A stretch of DNA of 61,956 nt, the filler included, from Choristocarpus tenellus KU-1152 (taxonomy: Eukaryota > Protista > Phaeophyceae), in assembly GCA_964200185.2 (NCBI GenBank). It is 11 parts of 11 records of this genome, joined end to end, with 100 filler letters (N's around TTAATTAATTAA, not from the genome) between each part and the next. Parts side by side here need not be neighbours in the genome. Positions count along the whole stretch, not along the records: positions 24,122 to 26,747 come from CAXNAD020026167.1; positions 26,848 to 30,743 come from CAXNAD020017286.1; positions 30,844 to 37,413 come from CAXNAD020007848.1; 8 more parts are not named here. One strand, 5' to 3'. A program made the position numbers and the translations under genes. This document shows, in pieces, positions 25,525 through 37,413 of this stretch; within the stretch, counting starts at the first letter, position 1, and each line of letters opens with the position of its first letter. Below the pieces are notes generated by a model. It searched no databases, was not told where the DNA came from, and worked only from the letters and a program-made list of their open reading frames with translations.

Positions 25525-25803
25525 GAACCAATGCAAACAAGAGGTACCCAGAGTTTCCTTTTTACGAATGCTGATAAATGTTCAAAAATTCATCTTTTTG
25601 TACAAAGATATATATATATAGAGAGAGAGAGAGAGACTTTTCTTAATTCTGTTGAAAATTTTCAAATAATAGAGAAATCAACATGTTCTCACATCAATCT
25701 TACCACTTCATCGATAATGTTTGGGTGAATTCCTAAGGATGAAAAAAAGTGGCTTAGAATGCAAAACAGCCAAAACCTGGGTACCTAACGTTTACTTTGG
25801 CTC
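25525..25803 (-). mobile_element. MITE family C, copy C1
   Basis: GAACCAATGCAAACAAGAGGTACCCAG...CTGGGTACCTAACGTTTACTTTGGCTC (imperfect ~27-bp TIR); interior is the reverse-complement homologue of 36336-36597. Confidence 0.78.
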
Positions 25804-28800
25804 GTTTTTCTGCCTCTGAAATTCATCTGCCATTGTTCAATGACTAATGGACGAAAAACCCCAAGGCCAAGGTTCTGTGCGTTTCACTAAGGAAGACTGC
25901 CACCGAGCTTGGGCCAAGTATCGTCCTGCAACCAATCTGGATACTGCTGAGATGAGGGATGCAAGGAGCTTTATGCGAGGCGAGGTTCGTCCACTGGGGA
26001 AGGTGAAAGTCGAGGTAGTTAAGAATTAGATGTTTGGTCATGCTGTGCACACCACGTTCTACAGAGAGGGAAAGGGGAGGGGTTTTGTATTGTAATATGG
26101 ATAAAAAAGATATAGTGGAATATCTGTGCAGACTTCCACCGGAAAAAGTAGTGGCGGTAACCGTCTCCATTGGAAGACATATGCTGTTGGCTACTGCGTG
26201 AGGTTATGAGGAATGAACTTTATGTGTGGCATAGATTCTGGATTGAGCCGAAAGGGAAGGCATGTGACTGAATATTGCATTCAAACCTCCTCGTTGAATC
26301 ACATTGAAGCTATAATAAACGCTACAGAAGGGGGAGCGGCCTAGAAGCTGAAATAGATAAAATAAAATGTCGCTGAAACAACATAAAATAGTATGCTGCA
26401 GAGCAAGTACCCACCAATCAAACGAGCACACCAAATGGTTGAAGTGCTATCGAGATGCTCCGGAGTATGTTTCAATATATATACCACATTAATTGAAAGT
26501 TGAAAAAGGTATTGGTTTTGATTTTCGTATGCATGAGCCCCCCCCCCAGTATGTTCTACTGATCATATGTCAGGTTATCGGGTGATACAGCTAAATCCAA
26601 GTCTCCCAGCAATAATAAAAGTCTCTGTTGCGGGTGGAAGGATTCAATACGAAAATCAATATTGTTCCGAAAAGGTCTGCAGATTAAGATCAGGCTCAAA
26701 TTATCTGGGAGGGGGGTGGCGGCTGTCCATTTGGGGTCAATTTTTTCNNNNNNNNNNNNNNNNNNNNNNNNNNNNNNNNNNNNNNNNNNNNTTAATTAAT
26801 TAANNNNNNNNNNNNNNNNNNNNNNNNNNNNNNNNNNNNNNNNNNNNGGTGTCGGCGTCCGTCTTTCACCCTTTTTTCGCTTTTCACTATATTGGTGTGA
26901 TTTGGTCGTACATGTCGGATTTGAAGTATCAGCAAAAAAAAGAGTTGTTTGACTGAAACGGAAGCCCCCTCACAAACCACCCACCCCCCCCCCCCCAGAT
27001 ACGTTGACCCGAGACCCTGTTTTTGTTGTGCTCTCTCAGTTGCTCTCATAGTGTGGATTTTCTCATCCCCCTGAGCTACTCGTCAGATGCCTTATTCTTT
27101 GGAATCATCACGCCGAAAATCGAAGGGGTTTCACCAAGTGAGAGATCTTTATCATGGCAGCCTGAAACAAAGGTGAGGCCAAAGAGACGAAGGACAAGTC
27201 TGAGGATACGAAGGCAACACTCAACCTTCTCTAGAGAACAACACTTCACCTACACCAAACCCATCTGGTAGATCCGCAATCTTGATCACTGATTTAGTCG
27301 AACATACCTCCTGGGAGGCGTACTTGAGCAAAAGCAAGGGAGATGACGGACAAACTCAGTAGTTCGCAATCCTGGCGACCAGGTTTATGTTTCAACCTAC
27401 TCCTAGACAGATAGGTACTACACACCGCCTTATCCGCCCTTTGTGATAAACATTTTTCTCCCAAATATTATATGAAGTAGCAATCAAGTAATTTGAGACC
27501 TGTAAGGAAAGGAGAAAATTGCATACCTGTGTCCGAATAAAGGCCGAAGACTAGCCTTTCCTAGTTTATTTCGTATCCTCCCCAGTTGTGAACAACCTTT
27601 TTTGTCAGGTTGTCACAAAAATGGGCTAAACCATACTTTTTTTAAAGGAAAGACATGGGAAACACGCTATCCAGATCTTTGCAGCATTTCTGTGGGATCC
27701 GACCCAGCAGTTGACAACTCGACAAGTCTTCACTCAAACAGGCAAAAATATTGATGCACCTGAGCAATCAATGTCTCAATAACATCTTTCAAAACACTCT
27801 CTGGGATCTAACCTACTAGTCGACAGTACTTCAGCATGTCACAGATATCGACCAAATATTATGCACTAGAGCAATCAATGTTTCTATTCACATCTTTCTG
27901 ACAATCCTTTGTCGTCCAACCACATATTTCTAACAGTTCTTGGACTCCAACCCAGAAGTGAACAAGTCTCCAATGGTTTCTCGCTCAAAATGGCCACACT
28001 ATGATATACTGCCTTAAACTTCATTGTTCTTTTTCAGTTACATCAAAGCAGTGAAACAGCTTTCCAAACCTCTATCAACAGGGTGAAGACTTCGTTTCAC
28101 CTTGATAGAGTCGCACGAACTCATCTCATTTTCTCTAAATGTCCTTGTACTTCGCAGGTTTCACCCCGTCGACTAATGATTCCTTGCAAAAATAATGATC
28201 CAATTTCATTCATCTCGGTTGTTCTTCAACTGATATTCCGGTCATTAGCTGTCATTATATGCAAGCTCATCCCGCCCTTTGTTCTACTCACATCAGTCCC
28301 ACACCAGACAATGCCTTACATATAAAAAATAAAAAATATTGGCCCTTCTGATCATGGTGTTAAGTTTCCCTGTTAACTTATTTTGGGTCCTGTATCACCA
28401 GTGATCAAAAACTCGCGCTTTCAGAAGCACAGACCGGTACCATAGCAACCAGTCCGACCACTGCAGAGGAGCTCATGCGATGAGTGGGGGATCATGGCCG
28501 AATTGCATCCCAAGGACGCTGTGACAGCCAATGCACATCGCACCAAACAGCAGAAAAGTTCGCTCAAGCCACCAACATACCACTACCACTGTCAGTTGAA
28601 TGCTGTTTTCTTTGCAGGCTTACTCTCTTGCATTCTTTGTTCATTTTTTCGTCTCTTTCCCCTACTTTTCTTGGGTGATATGTTTTTCTCCTGCACGTTC
28701 TATTCTCCCCCTTTCCCTCCTTTTCTTCTCTCTTTGTCCATTTCTTCCTCTTCGTTTTTTTTTTTATGATTTTTGTTGCCTTCTTTCAACCTCTGTGGAT

Positions 28801-30851
28801 CATCTGGACCATTTTTTCGACCACAGGTCTTGAATCCGTTGACACTATTCCGACAATGATAGACATATACAGTCATGGCTCCATAGTGTCTGATCATGAT
28901 TTTGGTGGGTACAAGAGCGTGTTTGCTAATGTACGGTACCTGATGTAGTTCTATCTTAAAGGAAATTTCGGTCGCCTATGACAACACCACCATCGACCTG
29001 GATGGATTTAGCGGGTCCGAGCCCCTTCAAAGTTAGACGTCTTTCTACGAAATTTATTTTGAAGATTCTATTGTACATGACAAACGCAATGAATTCTACA
29101 ACTGTGCAATACCTCCTTCTCCTCTTGATCCTTGATCACCAAAACGCCGATCAAGATCAAGGTGGAAACCTCAAGCGGGTTCAGCAGAAGATTGAAGGAG
29201 AGACGGAACAAAAAGAGGTGGGAGTGCTAAACCCTTCAGTGCACTGGCTCAGATCATTTGTCTTCGGGAGATCCTACTGGCCTTGGGGAACCCTCACTGC
29301 CATTTTTTTTATTCTTAGGGCAAGGGTTAGGTTAGCACGAATTTTTTGAACCTAAGCCTATCTCTAACCCTATCCCTATCTTGAGTGTGAAACATATCGC
29401 TAACCAGCCAAGGAAACATTATAGAGAAGTAGTGAAGGAGTAATGTGTCAACTGGGGAACCACAATGTCTCAAGGATCCACCACTTTTCACTTTTTCACC
29501 CTCGGTTTCGAGAATCGAACACCAAACCTAGCCCTAACCCTAACCTATGTGTGAAAAATAACCCTAAGAAGCGAAGAAAGCATGACAGTGGGGGTTCCCA
29601 TAGACAGGGGATCTCCCCTGTGCATTGCAACCAAATATGCGAGAAGTAAGACAAGAACAGAGAGACTGTACAATTAGTAGTAGCGCAACAGTAGTCAGTT
29701 GGTGGTAGTATGAGAATTAGTTAAATGTGTAGTGCCTCTAACAACATGGGGATCATTCTGATTACACCTATTATTGCAATATCTGGAAAAGAGAAATTAG
29801 TACGATAACATGGCTTCATCGTGGAAAATGGTTTTGGGTGGAAAGCGATCCGGACTTCCAAGTACCGAGTATTATTTTGTTCTATATCTGAGGAATTTGG
29901 TACGGAGAAGGTTTTCATTACACAATTAATTGAACCTTACTGCATCATTTTTTGTTCTTATTTATTGGATATATCCTCTATAAATACTTCCTCCGTTCGG
30001 AATTAAATGTACATAACTTTTCCGAGATCCATTCTCATCTGAGACCAACCCACCTCGAAAACCCTCTGGATGAGGATTAGTTCTCATATATTTGGGAGGC
30101 GTGCATAGTTTGAGATGGTGGGCTGTCATGACTGTGTAGGATCACCTGTGCAAAGTCGATTAGTTTGAATTTGATGAGGTTCAAAAAGCTCTAGTGAAAC
30201 TGTCAAAGCGGGTGTATATTGGGATGCTTAGGACGAGGCCCCTTGTCGTTTGAGTGACTCACTGATTCCGTTGTTGCTGGTTGGTACCAATTCTTCTGCC
30301 TAGAAGTCTGTCCAAGCTCCAGAATCAAACATGCTGATGAAAAACAGGTTGTTGGCGCAATGCCTGGAGACGAGATAGCATGAGACTCAGATACCTTGTG
30401 GGATGGCAAATGCCATCGTGGAGTACCTCCGAATTTCCCGAGTAACTATGACAGCGAAATCGCATCGGGTTGAATGCATGGATCTTGTACGATGTCGCAA
30501 CGGGCAATGTGCCCGTGTAGGTATCCTTGACATTTGGGATATGCCATTGGTACACCGTACATCCTTCCACGAATGGGCGACCATTGCCGGGGTCTCCCTT
30601 GCCTCATTGTGGGATCTGTGCAAGCACAAGAAGCTGTAAGGGTCAAGCAGCGGATTAAGCCAGCCCTCTAACACCAGCAGAATATATAAAGGGTGGGTTT
30701 CGCTATCAGCCGCACACATGGGAGGGGGGTCAAAGTATCTGGGNNNNNNNNNNNNNNNNNNNNNNNNNNNNNNNNNNNNNNNNNNNNTTAATTAATTAAN
30801 NNNNNNNNNNNNNNNNNNNNNNNNNNNNNNNNNNNNNNNNNNNAATCGGTA

Positions 30852-30917
30852 CCACGGTATAACGGTATGTGGCATACGGCAATAACGGTATAATAACAGA
30901 CGAATATGCTTTCCACA
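30852..30917 (-). repeat. 66-bp inverted-repeat partner of 37348-37413; end of a TGT-terminated element
   Basis: Reverse complement matches 37348-37413 with 3 mismatches; internal (A/T)ACGGYA repeats. Confidence 0.85.
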
Positions 30918-33211
30918 TGAAACACTATTTTAATATTACTATAAATGCTTCGGGAATGTGGTTTGTGCTCGGATGTGAAATACTTAAATAGTGAGTTACG
31001 AATGTCTAAATTAAAAAGTTTTGCTAAGAGGTCCCAAGCCGCCACAGAGACCTGTTCCTTATTGAAGGACTGACATACAAGTAAGTGTAGAGTCTTCATT
31101 AAACGCGGTATAGGGAGAGATAAAACCAAGATGGCAGGAAAAAAAAAGAAGTACATCATGCGAAAAATCGAATCAAACAATCACATGAAGTATATAATGT
31201 CGTGATGCTGAAGGTGGGAACAGGATGTTCTGACACAGGATGGATATAATGGCATTGAAAGATATATATGAAAGTCGTAACTATATGATCTATTTGGAAG
31301 TGACTGGAAATAGAGCCAGTCGTAAGAGATAGGTTGCATGAATCACACAAGACACTTCGATAGGGAACTATACTATCACATATTACAATGAACTTGCATT
31401 GCTACAGTTGAAACAATATCGAGTAGCCCAGTTAAGTCAATATTATACTTCGTAGTGCTATGCCTACTTTAAAGAATACTAATTTTCCTGGTGAAGAAGT
31501 ATAAAAAAGTATTTTACCACTCCAATATATTGTTCATGCCCAGGGTTTTGAAGTGCTGAGGTGTGAGCTAAGATTGAGGAAGTAGGAGTAGAAGTTTCTT
31601 GGGAAGAGCATTCGAAGGGCTCAATGTGATCTACAGGACAGGACATTATATTCGTGGCAAAAAAAATCGTGCCGTATCTCTTACTCCTCGGTCTCAGCAC
31701 TTCTCACGGCACTACAGGAGTCTAATACGGAATAGAGAACTATTGGAGTGTTGCAAATACTATCACAATTCTTCTATGATGAGTAGTCCTCCTCCTGTAT
31801 ATATGGTGGAATACACTCTATTAATTATTCAAAATATAATAGTTAGATTCTTTAGTTAGGTTGGGATCCAAGCGAGAATCCACGACCCCTACCTGTCCAC
31901 CCTGTCATACATAATATTCTGATGTACAAAGCATCACACACCCACCCTACATACTCACAACCCAAATTGTCAAGGCGTCCCATGGAGTTTCTAGAAACAA
32001 GTTGTCTCTCCGATCAAACCAGAATTACATACATATGGTTTGTCAAATTGAGGAACAATTACAAGACTGTAATTGCATCACAACATGATCACACATCTTA
32101 TCTAGTAGAAGTAGTGGCTGTGTGTTTGGGACGATGTAACACTCCCAACACACCTGGACCATCCACAACGTCCAAACTTCCGCTACGGAGACAGGAACCA
32201 ACCGCATGTATCATCCACGATGTCCTCGTATCTAGACTAGCCATGGAGTCCCACACTATTCTTGTATCGTGATAAGGAGCAACCAACCACAGGTCCAACA
32301 CTTCCTCTCATATCTTATCGTACAGAGTATGGGATTAATCATTGGATCGCATATAGATATCCTAGCATCTAGACCTGCCATAGGGTCTTTCCCTCCCTCA
32401 CTTAGACGAGGACCAACCACATATCCACATACTGCTGCAATATCCCTACCCGCGCACTATACCTAGGGGTCCTACCTCCTCTGTTGATTGTCGAGATCGT
32501 GCCCTGCGTAAATTTGGAGGGTTCAAACCCCATTGATACCAAAATGATTTTCATGGGAATACGGTTTCGATTATCCAAATTTCACGTGGCATCGACAGCC
32601 GATAGTACACCAACAATATCCATCTATCGCTTACTATACCACAGAAAACCCTGGACCCAGAACGAAGTGGTAAGGCTTCAAGTTGAGAAGCACATGATTC
32701 GAGGAAAGAAGTGGAGCGATGATTGGTGGGATGGCTGAACCCAATGCGGAAGAAGCTAAGCGCGACAGGAGACATTTCAACTTATTGTACGCAATAGTGT
32801 AGTGATTCTGAGCATAAGTAGTCGCGATAGTCACTACACCGTTCGGTAGGACTTCGAAGTTATAATCATAACAAATATATTCTAGTATGTTTAATAGTAA
32901 TCAGGATTTTCACAATAAATAGGACAATCAGGTCCTTACACCAAACCCAGAGTTTAGTGGGTAAACGAGTGAACCACGGCTATGGGCGGTCCGTGATCCA
33001 GTCCGGTTTGCAATCTTCATGACCTCGGCCTGGCTCTCTAAAAGATATTTTACCCAGGCCGATCTGTGACCTGGTTCGGACTTTACCACCTGGATGGCTC
33101 CAGTCCAGTCCTGTTAACGCAAATGTACCTGGTCCGGTCTGCAGCCTACCTAGTCCAGTTTACTCTCTGATAACCCTTATTTGTTCGTTTAAATAACCTT
33201 TTTTAACAGAA

Positions 33212-33387
33212 GGCTCAAAGTATCTGGGGGGGTGACGGCTGTCCATTTGGGACCAATTTTTTTCATGTCATGATTTTTGGGTGATTTGATTCCGTACGTC
33301 GGATGGTTAATGAAAGTGCACTTTTCCTGGTTATGGCTCAATGGACACCCTGGCGTAGACCCCCCCCCCCCCCCCACCATTCGGGTC
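33212..33387 (+). mobile_element. MITE family B copy, TSD AGAA
   Basis: AGAA|GGCTCAAAGTATCTGG...GGGTC|AGAA; right TIR partly decayed. Confidence 0.87.
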
Positions 33388-33695
33388 AGAACTATGTAGT
33401 ATATACTCCAAATATTTATTATTATACCCTTTGACATTTTCCAGGTGGATCAGAGGAAAAACCAATGAAAAACCATTCTAATGTCAGAACCCCTTGAAAA
33501 GTAATAGTTGTCGTAAATGTTTTTCTATCATCTATTTATTATTTTATTGCCAGCTATGCTACACCGCTGCCGTCCTGTGACTCCAACCTAATTTAGTCCT
33601 CCACCCCAGGGTGAGGAGGTAGGGAAGCATTGCTGGATGTTTTAGTTACCCTGTCAGATGTGAAGAAAAAATGAAAATCGAAAAGTTATACTACA

Positions 33696-33724
33696 GTAGT
33701 AGTAGTAGTAGTAGTAGTAGTAGA
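33696..33724. repeat. (AGT)n microsatellite
   Basis: Perfect trinucleotide run. Confidence 0.9.
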
Positions 33725-33810
33725 ATGTAGGGTCGATTTGAAGTAATGTACCCAACTATAACATTTTTTCTAACTATTATTGATGAGTGATGATTTACTC
33801 CCAAATGTCT

Positions 33811-34069
33811 GAGCCAAAGTATCTTAGAGGGTAGAGTTGCGTCCATTTGGGGGCCAAAATTCAATGTTTCGATTTTGATGTAATTTTGTTTATCGTGTTT
33901 TTCAGGAAGTGTCAATACCCTTGTTCTAGACACAGCTTTTGATAACGTACGCATTTTACCTAATCCAAACTATTTTGGAGTAGGAAAATGTCATAAAAAA
34001 CCCCGAGGGAAGCCAAGCCCCAAATGGACAAACAGGGCAAAACGCGTACCCTCTAAGATACTTTCAATC
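33811..34069 (+). mobile_element. MITE family A, copy A5, TSD GTCT
   Basis: GTCT|GAGCCAAAGTATCTTAGAGGGTA...TACCCTCTAAGATACTTTCAATC|GTCT. Confidence 0.92.
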
Positions 34070-34303
34070 GTCTCCGTGTAACTTTCCCCCCATAAATTGA
34101 CTACTGTGAACCCTGAAGGATGAAGGGATCAAGGGGTGGAGGTTCATCGTGCAGAGAACACTGGTCACTGATCATTGGTTTGCAGATAGTAGCTGTAAGA
34201 CTGAGAGTGGGAGCTGCGATGATCACAACAGTATTTTTCTTTACACGTCAAACACAGAGGCATCCCCGCCCAGTGTAACAGCCTTCCTGATGATCTCCTG
34301 TTC

Positions 34304-34560
34304 GAGTGAAAGTATCTTAGAGGGTACGATTTTTGCCCTGTTTGTCCATTTGGGACTTGGCTTCCCACGAGTTTTTATGACATTTTACCTACTCCGAAAA
34401 GTTTCGGAGAAGGCAAAATGCATACGCTATGAAAAGGTGTGTCCGAACAAGGATATTGACACTTCCTAAAAAACAAGATAGCCAAAATTACATGAAAATC
34501 ACAACATTGGAATTTGGCCCCCAAATGGACGTGGCTATACCCTCTAAGATACTTTGACTC
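34304..34560 (-). mobile_element. MITE family A, copy A6
   Basis: Near-perfect 23-bp TIRs; flanks GTTC/ATTC (4-bp TSD with one mismatch). Confidence 0.92.
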
Positions 34561-35164
34561 ATTCGACAATTCCGTTGTTGAGGGGGTTAGCATGACGAAT
34601 CTGCACGATATATGGGACTGACCTTTTCAATCTAAATGCCAACGTGCGTGAGTATGTGCGCGAGGAAAGGAGAATCTTGAAAGGCTGGGGTCTTCACCGC
34701 CTACGAAGTTCCCTGTTATGAGAGTGACAATCGTACTTACATTTTCCAAGGTATGTGTATTGTATGTAAAATATCGTTCACATTTTGACATTTTGCATTA
34801 CATAGAGCATTGGGCGATCAAGATTAGTCTTACCAAGTCGTATTTGCAGAGCATCCTCCGTACAAGTTTTTATAAACAGGGTTAGGCCACCACCTGTCCC
34901 GCTTATACTCCTCCAAGGTCCCAATTTGTCCCTTCCACATATTTTACTAGGGCCTGCACACGACCCAGTTCCCACGAAAAAAATGTCAACAGCTCCGGTC
35001 CAGGTCCTTTGCAACACACTTAGCCTGGCCCAGGTTGCTGTCCAGTCCGGGTATAGTCTTTCATTGTCCTAAACCGATACCGTTGCTAAAATATATTTCA
35101 CCTGGACTGGGCCAGGGGCTGGGCCCATTAGGTGAAATGTGATCGAACAGTCTAAGCCCATTAG

Positions 35165-35547
35165 ATTACAGGAGAGCCATTCAATCACGACATATTAAGA
35201 GTCTGGGGGAGCGAGTGTTACGTACTCCGGACAAAGCAGCAGCAGAAAGCTTCATCGAAGTTTCACCCCTATGCCAATAGGGGACTGCTAATGGGAGATG
35301 ACCGCACATCACTATGCTGGCACGTATGGCTTCCTTAGGAAGGCAAGCTAGTTGATTTGGTGCATTTAACCTTCGGAGCAGAGGAGTATACCATGGACTT
35401 TGTTGGGGAACGGGACATCTCTCTGACCCAAAGTATCTGGGGAGGGGGGGGGGGGGGGGGAGAAAACCAAAAAAAAAAGGGACCTTACATTACCCACTCG
35501 ACCTAAAAAAACAAAACACAAAAAAAAAAAAAAANNNNNNNNNNGGT

Positions 35548-35583
<36 letters not shown>

Positions 35584-36000
35584 CGGGGGGGAGGGGCATA
35601 ACCAGGAAAAAAAGTGCACTTACATTATCCATCTGACCTATATAACCAAATCACCCAAAAAATACGATATGAAAAAATTGGTACCAAATGGACAGCCGTC
35701 ACCCCCTCCAGATACTTTGAGCCTCTGACCAACTACGATGAACAGGACGAGTACGACACAGATGGGGAATCTGAGGGGGGTTCTATTGAGGACCCCAGCG
35801 ATGTTGCAAAGTCCAACTCATAAGAAACATCGGCACCCGAGCACAACTCCCCTAAACAAGGATCCGCCAGGCTGAGCAAGCAACCACGGGTGGACTACAG
35901 AGGTTTACATTCAGGGACTAGAAGAGACTTGGACGACAGCATTATCAACTTACTCAGGGCAAACACCGATAGTGCATACTACTGTTTAATAGGTCTGGCA
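35165..36000 (+). mobile_element. Copia integrase C-terminal (SH3-like) fragment interrupted by a family-B MITE
   Basis: TGEPFNHDILRVWGSECYVL...GLLMGDDRTSLCWHVWLP...VHLTF, then after the insertion SARLSKQPRVDY. Decayed. Confidence 0.6.
35425..35723 (-). mobile_element. MITE family B copy (contains an N gap and poly-G artefact); flank duplication TCT
   Basis: TCT|GACCCAAAGTATCTGG...CCAGATACTTTGAGCC|TCT; inserted in the Copia fragment. Confidence 0.82.
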
Positions 36001-36335
36001 GGCAACACTACCCCAGACTACTATGACTGGCCAAGGCAAAATATGCCTTAGGAGGGTCGAACTGGAACCATTGAGAAAGTGAACAGACCTATCCGTGGCC
36101 TGGCCCTGGCAAAGCATTTCTTAACACGACCTGACTCGAGAAAAGCCCTGTTAGATCATAAAATATGTGTACTTCCTAATATGACATGTAGTTTAAAATA
36201 ACCTTTATCATCCTCGTAGATAACACCATCTTTTAAATACGTACTCTTAGACAAGAACATTCACCTCGCCTTCATTCGTTCATTATATGAAGCAGCACAC
36301 ATAGTATGACATACATACCTTTACTATGTACTGTG

Positions 36336-36597
36336 GAGCCAATGTAAACGATAGGTAAGCAGGTTTTGGTCGTTTTGCATTTTAGGACACTTTTTGCTCC
36401 TTTGTGATTAGTCTTTTTTTCTATGATTAAAGTGCTGAGATTGACATAATAAGCACGTTGATTTCTGTATTGTTCAAAAATTTCGACAGAACTACAAGAA
36501 TTTCCTATGCCTTTTCTCCAAGAAACTGAATTTTGCATATTATAAATGTCACCATCGTTAAAATGCAACCCTGGATACCTCTCGTTTACTTTGGGTC
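36336..36597 (+). mobile_element. MITE family C, copy C2
   Basis: GAGCCAATGTAAACGATAGGTAAGCAGGTTTTGG...CTGGATACCTCTCGTTTACTTTGGGTC. Confidence 0.78.
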
Positions 36598-37176
36598 TGA
36601 TGTGAACGTGATTTTTCGATATCGACTGAGTAGAGGACATCGCGTACTACTGTTACTACTGCCACTACTCGTAATACAACTAAGAAAATTCTTAATTGAT
36701 ACTGTGGAGAATAATATTAAAAGAACTGTGCTACTCGTCAATCAATTGATACATGAGTAATAGTATCTACGAAATAATGGAAATTTTAATGCGCCCAACC
36801 ATTACATAACTGCATATTGTCCTTCCTTGTTTTGTACATTTTTCTATGATGGAATGAGTGCATACATACAACAAACTTTGGATTGATGTTACCTGTCATT
36901 ACTATTTTAGTAACGTTTTCTCCTGACAAGAAATTATTACCATTTATTTCTTCTAATAGATGCACAAAGAGGAATTACCAGAGGTGATGATGAGACGATA
37001 AAAAAAGTCGTTGCTCGTCATGAGGAGGAGTAAGATTGCAACGAGAGTTTGGTGGTATATTTGTTATCAAAATGATAATATACGACGATGATACAACTTT
37101 GACTGGAGTACATGCAATTTGTTGATGGGGAAAAAAAAGAATCCTTCTCTACTACTCCAAGTCTCCAAAAAGGTGT

Positions 37177-37347
37177 GACCCAAAGCAAACAAAACAGATT
37201 CCCAGGTTTTGGCCGTTTTGCACTTCAACTACTCTGTTTTTTAATCTTTTGCAATTCACTTATGTTTTTATGCGTGAATCTCCAAGTTTGACTTGAAAGC
37301 GTTTATTTCCCTAGTGTTCGAAACTTTTCTCAAACAATTCAGAAAAT
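37177..37347 (+). mobile_element. MITE family C, copy C3 (cut off by a TGTGG-ended element)
   Basis: GACCCAAAGCAAAC...CCCAGGTTTTGGCCGTTTTGCA; homology stops at 37347. Confidence 0.7.
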
Positions 37348-37413
37348 TGTGGAAAGCATGTTTGTCTGTTATTATACCGTTATTGCCGTATGCCACATAC
37401 CGTTATACCATGG
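37348..37413 (+). repeat. 66-bp element end starting TGTGGAAAGC and running off the contig
   Basis: Partner of 30852-30917. Confidence 0.85.

Noticed and set aside
35440-35600. Poly-Gly/poly-Pro ORFs (also 60580-60760)
   Set aside because: Low-quality homopolymer sequence around N gaps in family-B copies.
30844-37413. Whole contig as one 6.5-kb TIR transposon
   Set aside because: No transposase was seen inside. The TGT boundary faces inward and truncates MITE C3, which favours two separate insertions.
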